DNA of 64,000 bases from Thermodesulfobacteriota bacterium (GCA_049320885.1 JBMORA010000063.1:64001-128000); one strand, 5' to 3'. Positions 46,524 to 56,463 are shown, counted from the stretch's first letter. The notes: generated by a model not told the origin, from the sequence alone. Program-made: numbers and translations.

Positions 46524-48500
46524 TCAAGACCCGGCGGTGGCCCCTTTTTCCAGGGCCACCATGCCCATCTGATAACAACGCAGGCAGCGGGAGGCCTCCT
46601 CCAACGCCTGGGGCAATGTATAACCGGTTTCAATTTCAGCCAAACTGCCGACCCTCTCTTCCAACGGAATCGTCGGCATGGGCACCCGCTCCTCGGACGG
46701 CAATATCGGTCGCGGGGCCTCGCCTTCGACCCCCAGCATCCTCATCAGCTTGTCCATTTTTTCAGCAGCGGAAAGGCTGACGGGTTGATGGTTCAGGTAT
46801 TGATCGATGCTTTCGGCCGCTCGTTTACCGTGAGCGCAGGCGTCCACGATGGTCAAGGGACCGCTGTAAACATCTCCGGCGGTGAAAATCCAGGGCACAT
46901 GGGTCTGATACGTGTCCGGATCCGCCACGATGGTTTTCCAGCGGGTCAGCTGGACCCCTTCCACCCCGTTCAACACTGTCAGATCACTCTCTTGTCCGAT
47001 GGCCTGAATGATGATATCCGCCGGGACCACGAATTCGGAACCTTTCACCTCCCGGGGGCTTCTCCTGCCGCTGGCATCCGGTTCGCCCAGCTCCATCCGG
47101 ATGCATTCCATCCCGACGACCTTGCCATCTTCCGCGATGATTTGTTTGGGCGCGGCCAGGAACAAATATTTGACGCCCTCGATTTCCGAATCGTGAACCT
47201 CATGGGGATCAGCTGGCAACTCCTTTTTGGTCCGGCGATACACCACGGTTACCTCCGCGGCGCCCTTTCGGATGGGGGTTCGGCAGCAGTCCATGGCCAC
47301 ATTGCCGCCGCCCACGACGACAATCCGCTTGTCTTTCAAATCATAACATTGGGAGATCACGCAATCGCGAAGATAATCCACGCCGGTGATGAACCCCTCG
47401 TAGCCTTCATCCTCCCCCTTGGCCCCCATTTTTTTGGATATATGGGCGCCGATGGAAATCAGAACCGCCTGGTACCCCTGGTCCCGAAGCATGGGGATGG
47501 TCAGCTCCTTTCCGATGGGAGTGTCATAGCGGATCTCAACGCCCATGCCGCGAACAAAATCCACTTCCCGCTGCAGCACTTCCTTGGGAACCCGGTATTG
47601 AGGGATACCCACGCCCACCATGCCGCCGGAAACCGGCAGCGACTCGAAAACCGTCACCCGATAACCCATGAGCGCCAGATAGTAGGCCGCGGACAGTCCG
47701 GCCGGTCCGGCGCCGATAACCGCCACTTTTTCTTCCCGGAGGGATTTGGCCGGATTCCCGGGTTTCGCCACCGGGTGGGTATCCTCGAAATCCCAGGCGA
47801 AGCGTTTCAGCTTGCAGATGGAAACCGGTTTGCCGGAGTACCCCCGCCGGCAATTGGTTTCGCATGGATGGAAACAGGCCCGGCCCAGGGAGGCCGCCAT
47901 TGGGCTGGCCTCCCGAATAATTTTCAGTGATCCCAAATGGTTACCTTCATGAATACACTCAACGAAACCAGGGATGTCCATCCCCGCCGGACAGGCGGAA
48001 TAACAGGGCGCGGTCCATCTGGCGGCATACCGCGTGTCGGTGCGAAGCGGTTTCCTGGAATGAATCAGGTCCATGAATTCGTTCTTGAAATACCGCAGGG
48101 CGTGCTGAATCGGAATGGGAACGGTTTTCCCGATATAGCATTTCGACCCCATGGATATGTAATCGGCCAGTTCGGCAAGCCGGTTCAAATCCTGTTCGTC
48201 GCCCTGCCCCGCCACGATTTTCCTCAGGATCGTCGCCATGGCTTCCGTGCCCATCCGGCAGGGGAAACATTTGCCGCACGAGGCTTTCCCGGCCTCCTCG
48301 ACGTAGTGAAGACACATATCCGCCATTCGTACGGAATCCGCAAGCAGAATGATTCCCGCCCATCCCATGAATGCGCCGATCCGGTTTTCCGGATCAAATT
48401 CCTTTGGCAGCTTGATGGCGGGGGCATTCAGGCGTTTGCCCGGTTCCATCCCCCGATTGTCAATGACCTCGTTGTTCCAAGAAGAAAATAGTACTTCCAT
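46524..48500 (-). CDS. GltD/NfnB-like FAD/Fe-S oxidoreductase with N-terminal NuoF-type [4Fe-4S] domain
   Basis: ASCGKCFPCRMG...SKC; APCYSACP...GRACFHPCETNC; GAGPAG, GGGNVAMD, YRR, RCLRCY; AGGAGA RBS. Confidence 0.88.
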   Translation of the reverse strand: MEVLFSSWNNEVIDNRGMEPGKRLNAPAIKLPKEFDPENRIGAFMGWAGIILLADSVRMADMCLHYVEEAGKASCGKCFPCRMGTEAMATILRKIVAGQGDEQDLNRLAELADYISMGSKCYIGKTVPIPIQHALRYFKNEFMDLIHSRKPLRTDTRYAARWTAPCYSACPAGMDIPGFVECIHEGNHLGSLKIIREASPMAASLGRACFHPCETNCRRGYSGKPVSICKLKRFAWDFEDTHPVAKPGNPAKSLREEKVAVIGAGPAGLSAAYYLALMGYRVTVFESLPVSGGMVGVGIPQYRVPKEVLQREVDFVRGMGVEIRYDTPIGKELTIPMLRDQGYQAVLISIGAHISKKMGAKGEDEGYEGFITGVDYLRDCVISQCYDLKDKRIVVVGGGNVAMDCCRTPIRKGAAEVTVVYRRTKKELPADPHEVHDSEIEGVKYLFLAAPKQIIAEDGKVVGMECIRMELGEPDASGRRSPREVKGSEFVVPADIIIQAIGQESDLTVLNGVEGVQLTRWKTIVADPDTYQTHVPWIFTAGDVYSGPLTIVDACAHGKRAAESIDQYLNHQPVSLSAAEKMDKLMRMLGVEGEAPRPILPSEERVPMPTIPLEERVGSLAEIETGYTLPQALEEASRCLRCYQMGMVALEKGATAGS

Positions 48501-48558
48501 TGTTTCTCCTGACCCATCGCTTTCTTTTTTGCATCCGATAATCCGCTTTACCGGGCGA

Positions 48559-48789
48559 TCAGGTTTCGCACGGCGGCGTCGGAGCGATTTGTTGCAGTTC
48601 CCGGGACTGGACCTTGCGAATCCAGTATTTCCCCGCAATCAACGTCCCGATTGCCATGGGTAAATATGCACATAAAAAAACGGTTGTCAATGTTTCTTGA
48701 TCCCGGCTGGCCCAAAAGAGACAGGCCGTCAGCTCGATCAGCACCAGCACATCCAGGAAAACCACAACCAGACGTTGTCGGACAGACAT
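48559..48789 (-). CDS. Small two-TM membrane protein
   Basis: 76 aa with two hydrophobic helices; AGGAGG RBS. Confidence 0.7.
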   Translation of the reverse strand: MSVRQRLVVVFLDVLVLIELTACLFWASRDQETLTTVFLCAYLPMAIGTLIAGKYWIRKVQSRELQQIAPTPPCET

Positions 48790-48829
48790 ATTCCTCCTTA
48801 ATGACAATGGAAACCCGGCGCCATTGCAA

Positions 48830-48860
48830 GGGGGGCCGCTCCAGGGAACGGACACCCCCC
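48830..48860 (-). terminator. Intra-operon hairpin
   Basis: Minus strand GGGGGGtgtCCGTTCC-ct-GGAGCGG-CCCCCC, just after the 48880 stop. Confidence 0.45.
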
Positions 48861-48879
48861 GCAACCGTGAACCTCCAGG

Positions 48880-49203
48880 TTATTTTTTCATCAGATCCTG
48901 CTTGCTCACGTTCATGACCTTGTGAGCGACCCGGCTGGTCCCCTCTACTTTATAGGCGATTCTCAGGATGTCTCCGGGTTCCGGCGACATACCGATTTCC
49001 GCCTCCTTGACGTCATATTCGCTTTCGACTTCGGTGGGCCGGCCGTACTTGGCTTCCGGACTGAAATGGGTATCGAATTCCTTCAGTTTGATCACACCGT
49101 CCTTGAATTCGATGCATTCCCCTTGGACCACGTCCGACGCCATGGCGGTTGCCGTCATGATCAGCATGACAATCAGTAGGCCGATGGTTGCCTTCATCCT
49201 CAT
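48880..49203 (-). CDS. Secreted/periplasmic protein of the DVU0150/TSUP module
   Basis: Signal peptide (TAMA/S); IG..P.PGDILRIAY...VMNVSKQD resembles proteins I recall from this gene context. Confidence 0.75.
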   Translation of the reverse strand: MRMKATIGLLIVMLIMTATAMASDVVQGECIEFKDGVIKLKEFDTHFSPEAKYGRPTEVESEYDVKEAEIGMSPEPGDILRIAYKVEGTSRVAHKVMNVSKQDLMKK

Positions 49204-49264
49204 ATGTATCTCCTTTCCTTGCTGTGTTTTGTTAGTCTGTTCGTCTGCCCGGCTAGCATCCGCT

Positions 49265-50290
49265 TCAACCGGCCACCAGGGCTGCCTTTTTCTCGCGCAG
49301 TTCCTGAACCGCTCCCTGGAACATGATTTTCACGATGTAAAGGCAAATCACCGCAATGGTTCCGAGGATCAACACCGCCGCCGGTCCGTCGAATTTGAAC
49401 TCTTTGAGCACGATGGAGATCATGCAGCAGATCACCGCTATACCGAAAGCGATCCGGATGCCGTACCCCTTGGCGTATTTGGTGGCCACCGTGCCGATCT
49501 GCGCGCCGATGGCGGCGCCGGTCAGCATGACAAACACCGCGACAATCTCGATCCGGCCCTTCAGGGAATAGGTGAAGGCCCCATACAGACCGGAGATCAT
49601 GACTTCAAACAGGTCGGTGCCCACGGCGATATGCGTGGGGCAGCCGATCAGGTACACCAGGGAGGGCATGCGGATCAGACCCCCGCCGATGCCGAGAAAG
49701 CCGGCCAAGATGCCGGTGACAAAACTGACCCCGATGGGCAGCCAGGCCGAGCAGGTGAAACCGGCCGCCTTGAAATGCACCATGGGCGGGATCTTGATCT
49801 TGTGAAGGCTTTTGTACCAGGTGATGCCTTCGGCCCCGTGTTCGCCCACATCGCCGCTTTTCCTTTTCTGGGTGGCTTTGTAATAATCATAAAACACCAG
49901 GGAAGCGATCAGGGCCAGCAGGGCCACATAGACCCAGCGGACGACGCTGCCCACATTGCCGGCTTTTTCCAGGAACATGACGATCTGGGCGCCCACTTCG
50001 ATGCCGGCCATGGTTCCCACCACCATGACGATGCCCAGTTTGTAATCCACGTTGCCGAACTTGGAATGCCGCATGGTGGACACCATGGATTTCCCGGCGA
50101 TGTGGGCCATGTCCGTACCGATGGCGAAGGCCATGGGGAAACCGAGGATGTTCAACCCCGGCGTGACCATCCAGGCCCCGCCCATGCCGAAAAACCCGCC
50201 AATGGTGCCGACGGCGAAACCGATCAGCACCAGTCCCGGCCAAAAGATCTTCACTCCTGCAATCGGCATATACATAAACAAAAATTCCAT
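49265..50290 (-). CDS. TauE/SafE (TSUP) family transporter, DVU0149-like
   Basis: GGFFGMGGAWMVTPGLNILGFPMAFAIGTD and GFLGIGGGLIRMP...HIAVGTD repeats. Confidence 0.9.
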   Translation of the reverse strand: MEFLFMYMPIAGVKIFWPGLVLIGFAVGTIGGFFGMGGAWMVTPGLNILGFPMAFAIGTDMAHIAGKSMVSTMRHSKFGNVDYKLGIVMVVGTMAGIEVGAQIVMFLEKAGNVGSVVRWVYVALLALIASLVFYDYYKATQKRKSGDVGEHGAEGITWYKSLHKIKIPPMVHFKAAGFTCSAWLPIGVSFVTGILAGFLGIGGGLIRMPSLVYLIGCPTHIAVGTDLFEVMISGLYGAFTYSLKGRIEIVAVFVMLTGAAIGAQIGTVATKYAKGYGIRIAFGIAVICCMISIVLKEFKFDGPAAVLILGTIAVICLYIVKIMFQGAVQELREKKAALVAG

Positions 50291-50363
50291 ATTCTCTTCC
50301 TCCTTAGATTATATGCATTTCAAATGCGTTACCATGGCAGCGTTTTCACCGACGAACCCGGCG

Positions 50364-50675
50364 TCAATGCTCGATGATCTTCCGGCTCTTCAGATCCAGC
50401 CCGGTTCTGGACATGAGAAAATCCATCAGAAAGCCCAGAAAGGCCCCATAGCAAGCGGTCAGCACCGTGCACCAGATGGCGAACACCATGATGTTGTGGT
50501 TATAGGCATCGGCCATATACTTCATGAAGCTGCCGTAATACCCGCTGTCATCGATCACCCGGGTATCGGCCACCACCACCAGATTGCCGATTTTTTCACC
50601 GCCGGCCAATGCGATGGCCGGAGCCAGCAGACCGAGAACAACCCCCAGCACCACCATTGTCTTGAATAACCTCAT
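50364..50675 (-). CDS. DVU0150-family small membrane protein
   Basis: Signal-like N-terminus, LVVVADTR, AYN, one TM, LGFLMD...GLDLKSR...EH; AAGGAGG RBS. Confidence 0.8.
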   Translation of the reverse strand: MRLFKTMVVLGVVLGLLAPAIALAGGEKIGNLVVVADTRVIDDSGYYGSFMKYMADAYNHNIMVFAIWCTVLTACYGAFLGFLMDFLMSRTGLDLKSRKIIEH

Positions 50676-50762
50676 ACCGTTTCCTCCTTTTCCTTGTAAG
50701 TTGCGGTTCACGAATATGGTATATTGCACAATTCTTGCTTCAAAGATTTGCAGCAATGATCT

Positions 50763-50777
50763 GCAAGCCGCATACCA
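50763..50777 (-). promoter_or_regulatory. Sigma54 (-24/-12) promoter of the DVU0150/TSUP operon
   Basis: Minus strand TGGTAT-GCGGC-TTGC(A), GG-N10-GC, about 90 bp upstream of ATG 50675 and divergent from a bEBP gene. Confidence 0.75.
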
Positions 50778-50896
50778 TTCGGCTGATCTGACCGGAAAAT
50801 AAAGCAGCCTGCAGGAGACAAAACGATTTCACCCTATCCGCTTCAACAACAGGAATACACATGACAATCCTCCAGAAATTCACGGAGGGGGAATTT

Positions 50897-53374
50897 ATGC
50901 CCCCCCAGGACGATCAAAGTGGATTCAGTTTGCGAATCAAGTTGTTGTGTGGATTGATCCCATCCGTGATGGTGATTTTGATGATCACCGGATATATCAC
51001 CTATCTGACATCCTCCCATTTTTTAAGCCAGGCCCTGGAGCGCAGCACCCGCCAGCAGGTGAAGGCCATGGCCCACGAACTGGAAAATGTTTTTACAAGG
51101 TGTCAGCAAGATTTACAGTTTATCGCGCAAACCGCAACCAAAGATGAAAAACTGCGCAACACCTTTGCCGGATTGATTCGTGCAACGGGACTGGATTATC
51201 GTGAAATCGCCTTCATCTCGCAAAACGATCAGGCCCATCTGGTCTGGGTGGCCAAGAACGGGGAGATCCTTCCGGTTCCCGCATCCAAGATAGCGGAAAT
51301 CCACCCCCACCCGTTCCTGCATCTGGAGCACCTTGCCGTATTAAAACAAAACCAGGTATGGATTTCGAAGGTGATGGAAGTGGACCATCCGTTTCAGACC
51401 CTGGAAAACCCGAATCAACGCCTGCGGTCCCAGGTGATCTATTTTGGCACCCCTTGCCTGGCCGAACCGGATGGGAAACCGGGATATTTGCTGCTGGCCC
51501 TGGACATCCGGTCCATCCGGAATATTCTATCGCTCTACAATTCATCCCGATCCCCCATCATGGCATTCACCCGCACGCCGGAGATCCGTTACGCCTATCT
51601 GTTTGATACGGACGGCTGGATCCTGTTCCAATCCGAGGGGATTGACAACAAGGAAATGGAACTGACCACGGACATGGTCCGGGCCTCTTACAGCAACGGC
51701 ATTCTCGGCAAACCCGGCCTGGCCGCCGCGTTTCGGCCTGGTCCGGATTACCGGGATTTCTGGAAAATGGTCAGCGACGTCAAAAAAGGCCGGCATGACC
51801 TCATGGAAATCACCGACGCCGGCAGTGACGGTTCTTTCGCCAGGGAAGCCTATCTCACGTATGCGCCTGTTTATTTCAACGGCGATGTGATCGCCGGTCT
51901 GGCCTATATGGATCGGACCCGGTTCACCCGCACCGCGGGATACAAGCATTTGGATATCATGCTGATTCTTTCACTGTCGACCATCGCCGCCGTCTCCCTG
52001 ATCATTTTCATTCTGGCCCACATGATCACCAAACCGATTTATCAGCTGGCCGAGGCGGTCAATCACATTCAAAAAGGGGATCGATTATGCCCCATCCGGA
52101 TTTCCTCCACGGATTATGAAGTCAATCTGCTCGTGAACGCCATCAACAACATGATCAATGCCCTGATCGCCCAGATGGCCGAAATCAAAGAAAAAGAGAT
52201 TCAAATCCAACATGTCGAATACAAGGAAAAAATTCAACTGGAAGCCGAATTCCCCAGCCGGACGAAACCAGGGGATGATCAGGAACTTCCGGAAATCGTC
52301 GGTTTCGGCGCCAAGATCGAGCAATTGAAATCGGACATACTGAAAGCGGCCGCCAGCGACGCGGATGTGCTGATCATCGGCGAGACCGGAACCGGAAAGC
52401 AGCTGGCCGCGGAAGCGATCCACCGGCACGGTTCGCGGGCCGCCCATTCCTTCATCTCCATCAATTGCGGCGAGCTGGGTGAAACCCTGCTGCTGGACGG
52501 CCTGTTCGGTCATGTCAAGGGTGCCTACACGGAAGCCAGAACGGATCGGAAAGGCGCGTTTCTGGAAGCCCATGGGGGCACCCTGTTCCTGGATGAGATC
52601 CAGAATGCCTCGCTGAATGTCCAGCAGGCCTTGCTGCGGGCCGTATCCATGCGTAAAATCAAACCCCTGGGTTCGGATAAGGAACTGGATGTGGATGTCC
52701 GCCTGATCTGCGCCACCAACGCGGATTTGAGTGTCCTGATGGACAGGCAGCTATTCAGGGCCGATCTGTATTTCCGACTGAAGGTCATCACGATTCACAC
52801 CCCGCCGCTCCGGGAACACAGGGAAAACATACCGGTGGTGGTGAATCATCTGTTGCGGCAACTGGAGGAATCGACCCAGAAGCCGGGGCTCGGCATCAGC
52901 AGGGGGGCCCTGGAAAAAATGCGGCAATACCATTGGCCGGGCAACATCCGGGAATTGAAGAATTGCCTGACGCGGGCAGCGGTGATGAGCGAGAGTCACC
53001 TCATTCAGGCCGATGACATCATCCTGGAGGAAAGAAGGCGCGCATTCGGCGGAACGGCTGCAACGACCGGCTCGAAACCATCCGGGAACAGGGACCCGGG
53101 TTTGCCGGAACCACCGCAACCGGACCGTTCGGCGGGGCATGTCCCGCTCTCCTCCGATCAGCCCCGTCGTCCGTTGCGGTTGAACAGCCGACAGGAAAAA
53201 GTGTTTCCTCACATCCTGTCCCGGAGAATCATCACCCGAAATGAATACCTCCGCTGGGTCGACGGCGATATTTCCCCGCGTACCGCTGTCTATGACCTGC
53301 AGGATCTGGTAAAAAAAGGGGTGTTGCGCAAGGACGGAAACGGACCGTCCACCCGATATATTCTAGTGGAATAA
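50897..53374 (+). CDS. Membrane-anchored sigma54 activator (TM, periplasmic domain, TM, HAMP, AAA+, winged helix)
   Basis: Two TMs, HAMP (ITKPIYQLA), GETGTGK, GAYTEA, TLFLDEI, FRADLYFRL, WPGNIREL; GGAGGGG RBS before 50897. Confidence 0.88.
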   Translation: MPPQDDQSGFSLRIKLLCGLIPSVMVILMITGYITYLTSSHFLSQALERSTRQQVKAMAHELENVFTRCQQDLQFIAQTATKDEKLRNTFAGLIRATGLDYREIAFISQNDQAHLVWVAKNGEILPVPASKIAEIHPHPFLHLEHLAVLKQNQVWISKVMEVDHPFQTLENPNQRLRSQVIYFGTPCLAEPDGKPGYLLLALDIRSIRNILSLYNSSRSPIMAFTRTPEIRYAYLFDTDGWILFQSEGIDNKEMELTTDMVRASYSNGILGKPGLAAAFRPGPDYRDFWKMVSDVKKGRHDLMEITDAGSDGSFAREAYLTYAPVYFNGDVIAGLAYMDRTRFTRTAGYKHLDIMLILSLSTIAAVSLIIFILAHMITKPIYQLAEAVNHIQKGDRLCPIRISSTDYEVNLLVNAINNMINALIAQMAEIKEKEIQIQHVEYKEKIQLEAEFPSRTKPGDDQELPEIVGFGAKIEQLKSDILKAAASDADVLIIGETGTGKQLAAEAIHRHGSRAAHSFISINCGELGETLLLDGLFGHVKGAYTEARTDRKGAFLEAHGGTLFLDEIQNASLNVQQALLRAVSMRKIKPLGSDKELDVDVRLICATNADLSVLMDRQLFRADLYFRLKVITIHTPPLREHRENIPVVVNHLLRQLEESTQKPGLGISRGALEKMRQYHWPGNIRELKNCLTRAAVMSESHLIQADDIILEERRRAFGGTAATTGSKPSGNRDPGLPEPPQPDRSAGHVPLSSDQPRRPLRLNSRQEKVFPHILSRRIITRNEYLRWVDGDISPRTAVYDLQDLVKKGVLRKDGNGPSTRYILVE

Positions 53375-53447
53375 GGATGGGGAAAAACGCAACGTGGAAA
53401 GTTGAACCTGTGGAACGAACAACCCGAAACGGAAAGAGAAATACACC

Positions 53448-56030
53448 ATGTTCAAACGACTTCACGGCATCCTGAGGAATCGGTCCCGGAAACAACCCGC
53501 CCCAGGCGAAATCATGACGGTTTTCCGGAAAAAATACGCCAATTTCAAATCCCTCCTGGAATCCAACGCCGATCTGCTGAAAACGATTTCCGGCATGGAG
53601 GAAAAGCTCACCGGCCAGCAGGTGTTCGGCATGTCGTATATCCGCTCGGAAACCGCCCGCATCGTCTTCCACACCGCGCGAATGATAACCAGTTTCGAGG
53701 CATTGAGCGGCCGGCCCTATCCGGCGCTGACAGCCACGCTGAACCGGATCCAGTCCGTCATCCATCAGGAACTGGAACTGAAAAAAGCCCAACGGGTTCC
53801 GGAACTGGTGTTGCCCTTCACCCGCATCAACCGCACCATGGCGGATGTTGTCGGCGGCAAGAACGCCAACCTGGGCGAGATCAAAAGCAGCGTACAAATT
53901 CCCATTCCCAGGGGGTTCGCCATCACCACCACGGCCTTTGACCGGTTGATCGAGCATAATGATCTCATGGATGAAATCCGCAAACAGAAAATGGAGCTGG
54001 ACCCGGGTGATCCCGAATCCATTCTGCGGACCAGTGACAATATCCGCCGGATGTTCCTGGAAGCGGAAATACCCCCGGCCCTGGAAAAGGAAATATGGAG
54101 CGCCTACACCGAGGAAATCAGCCCGGAGGGAGCCGTCAGCGTCGCCATGCGCAGCAGCGCCGTGGGAGAAGACAGCGCCTTGTCCTTCGCCGGACAGTAT
54201 CAGAGTTTTTTGAATGTTCCCAAGGACCGGATTCTCTTGAAATACAAGGAAGTCCTGGCCGGTCTTTTTACTCCCCGGGCCATATCCTACCGGTTGCATA
54301 TGGGGATTTCCTTCGAGGATGCGGCCATGAGCGTGACCTGTCTGGAAATGATACCGGCAAAAGCCGCCGGCGTCATGTATACCCGCCATCCCTTCGAAAC
54401 CTGGAAGGACTACATCATCATCAACGCCATGTGGGGTCTCGGAATAACCGTGGTGGAAGGAACCGCCTCGCCGGATGTCTATAAACTCTCCAAGACTTCC
54501 AAGCCGGAATTGCTGGAATCCCGGATTGCCGACAAACCCGTCTGTCTCATGTCGGATCCGGAAGGGGAAGTGGTGGAACAGGAGGTGATTCGGGAACTTC
54601 AGCAATTGCCCTGCCTCACCGCCGAACAGGCCATGACCCTGGCCGCCTATGGAATGCAATTGGAACAGCATTTCCATGCCCCCCAGGATGTCGAATGGGT
54701 ACTGGATCAAAACGGGAATATTCTCATTCTTCAAACCCGGCCGTTGACCATGGAGGCCAAAGCCGGACTGCCCATGCCCATGTCGACGCCGCTGTTTGAA
54801 GATCATCCCCTGCTGCTGGAAGACGGCGTCATCGCCTGCCCGGGAGTCGGCTGCGGACCGGCCCATATCGTCCGTTCGGATGACGACCTGTTGTCTTTCC
54901 CCGACGGCGGGGTTCTGGTGGCGGCCCACTCCTCGCCCCAGTATGTGATGGTCATGGAAAAAGCCCAGGCCATCGTCACCAACGCCGGCAGCGTCACCGG
55001 CCATATGGCGTCCCTGGCCAGGGAATTCAAGGTCCCGGCGGTCCTCAACACCCGGACGGCCACCACGGCGATTTCCCAGGGGGAGATCATCACCGTGGAC
55101 GCCTACGGCGGCCGGATTTACTCCGGCAGGGTGGAGGCGCTGCTGCAAATCCAACGGCCCAAAACATCCTATATGAAAGACACCCCCGTTTACCAGACCC
55201 TGGAAACCCTGTCCCGGGAAATTATTCCCCTGAACCTCACCAATCCCAAGAGCCGCCGCTTCACCGCCGACAATTGCCGGACCATCCACGACATCATGCG
55301 CTTTACCCACGAATTGTCCTACACGGAAATATTCCAGCTGGGCGATTTCACCGCGGATCACGGCAGGATCGCGGTCCGCCTGGATGTGCCGCTGCCCATT
55401 GATCTGCATATCATCGATCTGGGAGGCGGGCTGGAGGCCGTGAAACGATCCAGAATCAAACCGTCCCAGGTGATCTCCAGGCCCTTCAAGGCCCTGCTGG
55501 GAGGCATGCTGCATCCGGAGCTGAAGCCGCTTGAACCGCGGCCGATCCATATCAAGGGGTTTTTGTCGGTTCTGAGCGAGCAGATGCTGACTCCGCCCCG
55601 CCCGCTCCAGGATCGCTTCGGCGACCGCAGCTACGCCATTCTGTCGGACAAATATCTGAACTTCAGCTCACGGGTGGGGTATCACTTCAGCATACTGGAT
55701 ACCTATTGCGGGCAGACCGCCATGAAGAACTACATCAATTTCCAGTTCAAGGGGGGCGCGGCGGATGACTCCCGGAGGAACCGCCGGGCCCGCCTGATCC
55801 GGAATATCCTGGAAGCCAGGGGATTCCTGGTGGAGGTTCAGGGGGACAGGGTCAGCGCCCGATTTGCCAAACAGGAGCCGGAAGTCATGACGGAAAAACT
55901 CGATCTGCTGGGCAGGCTCCTGATTTTCACACGACAGATGGACATGCTCATGGACAATGAGACGATCCTCGACCGGTTGACCCAATCGTTTTTGAACAAC
56001 CGCTATGACCTGAGCGCGCTTAAGGACTAG
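53448..56030 (+). CDS. PEP synthase/PPDK-related protein (ATP-grasp plus phospho-His domain, no pyruvate barrel)
   Basis: VGGKNANLGE, AMRSSAVGED, SFAGQY, PQDVEW, LQTRP, GSVTGHMASLARE; C-terminal RVGYHF...FKGGAA...RQMDM region. Confidence 0.85.
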   Translation: MFKRLHGILRNRSRKQPAPGEIMTVFRKKYANFKSLLESNADLLKTISGMEEKLTGQQVFGMSYIRSETARIVFHTARMITSFEALSGRPYPALTATLNRIQSVIHQELELKKAQRVPELVLPFTRINRTMADVVGGKNANLGEIKSSVQIPIPRGFAITTTAFDRLIEHNDLMDEIRKQKMELDPGDPESILRTSDNIRRMFLEAEIPPALEKEIWSAYTEEISPEGAVSVAMRSSAVGEDSALSFAGQYQSFLNVPKDRILLKYKEVLAGLFTPRAISYRLHMGISFEDAAMSVTCLEMIPAKAAGVMYTRHPFETWKDYIIINAMWGLGITVVEGTASPDVYKLSKTSKPELLESRIADKPVCLMSDPEGEVVEQEVIRELQQLPCLTAEQAMTLAAYGMQLEQHFHAPQDVEWVLDQNGNILILQTRPLTMEAKAGLPMPMSTPLFEDHPLLLEDGVIACPGVGCGPAHIVRSDDDLLSFPDGGVLVAAHSSPQYVMVMEKAQAIVTNAGSVTGHMASLAREFKVPAVLNTRTATTAISQGEIITVDAYGGRIYSGRVEALLQIQRPKTSYMKDTPVYQTLETLSREIIPLNLTNPKSRRFTADNCRTIHDIMRFTHELSYTEIFQLGDFTADHGRIAVRLDVPLPIDLHIIDLGGGLEAVKRSRIKPSQVISRPFKALLGGMLHPELKPLEPRPIHIKGFLSVLSEQMLTPPRPLQDRFGDRSYAILSDKYLNFSSRVGYHFSILDTYCGQTAMKNYINFQFKGGAADDSRRNRRARLIRNILEARGFLVEVQGDRVSARFAKQEPEVMTEKLDLLGRLLIFTRQMDMLMDNETILDRLTQSFLNNRYDLSALKD

Positions 56031-56051
56031 TAACCGGGGCCCCAATACCCC

Positions 56052-56444
56052 TCACCTGCATTTGGCCTTTTCCTGACCGCACTCGAAGGCCAGGGAAATT
56101 TTCAGCAGCAGCTCCTCGATATCGCAGGGTTTCATCAAATAATCGTATGCGCCGAGTTTCACCGCTTCCAGGGCCACCCCCATGGACGCATGCCCGGACA
56201 GGATGATCACCTCCGACGGCAGTTTCTTTTCTTTCATCCATTTCAGCAGTTCGATCCCGCCGATACCGGGCATTTTAATATCGAGCACCACCACATCATA
56301 GGGGGTTTTCACCAATTCCGCCATGGCCGTTTCCCCGCTGGATACGGTCATGACGGGTATTTTCCGCAGGGTGAGCACCTTCATCATGGATCGGCAGAAG
56401 ATTTCCTCATCGTCGACAATCAGCACGCGTGGAGTTTCAGGCAT
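56052..56444 (-). CDS. Single-domain response regulator
   Basis: LIVDDE, LDIKMPG, LSGH, YLMKP. Confidence 0.9.
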   Translation of the reverse strand: MPETPRVLIVDDEEIFCRSMMKVLTLRKIPVMTVSSGETAMAELVKTPYDVVVLDIKMPGIGGIELLKWMKEKKLPSEVIILSGHASMGVALEAVKLGAYDYLMKPCDIEELLLKISLAFECGQEKAKCR

Positions 56445-56463
56445 GTTCACTCTCTTTTCTGGT

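Noticed and set aside
46524..48500. Glutamate synthase small subunit
   Set aside because: No gltB is adjacent, and an extra NuoF-type Fe-S domain is present.
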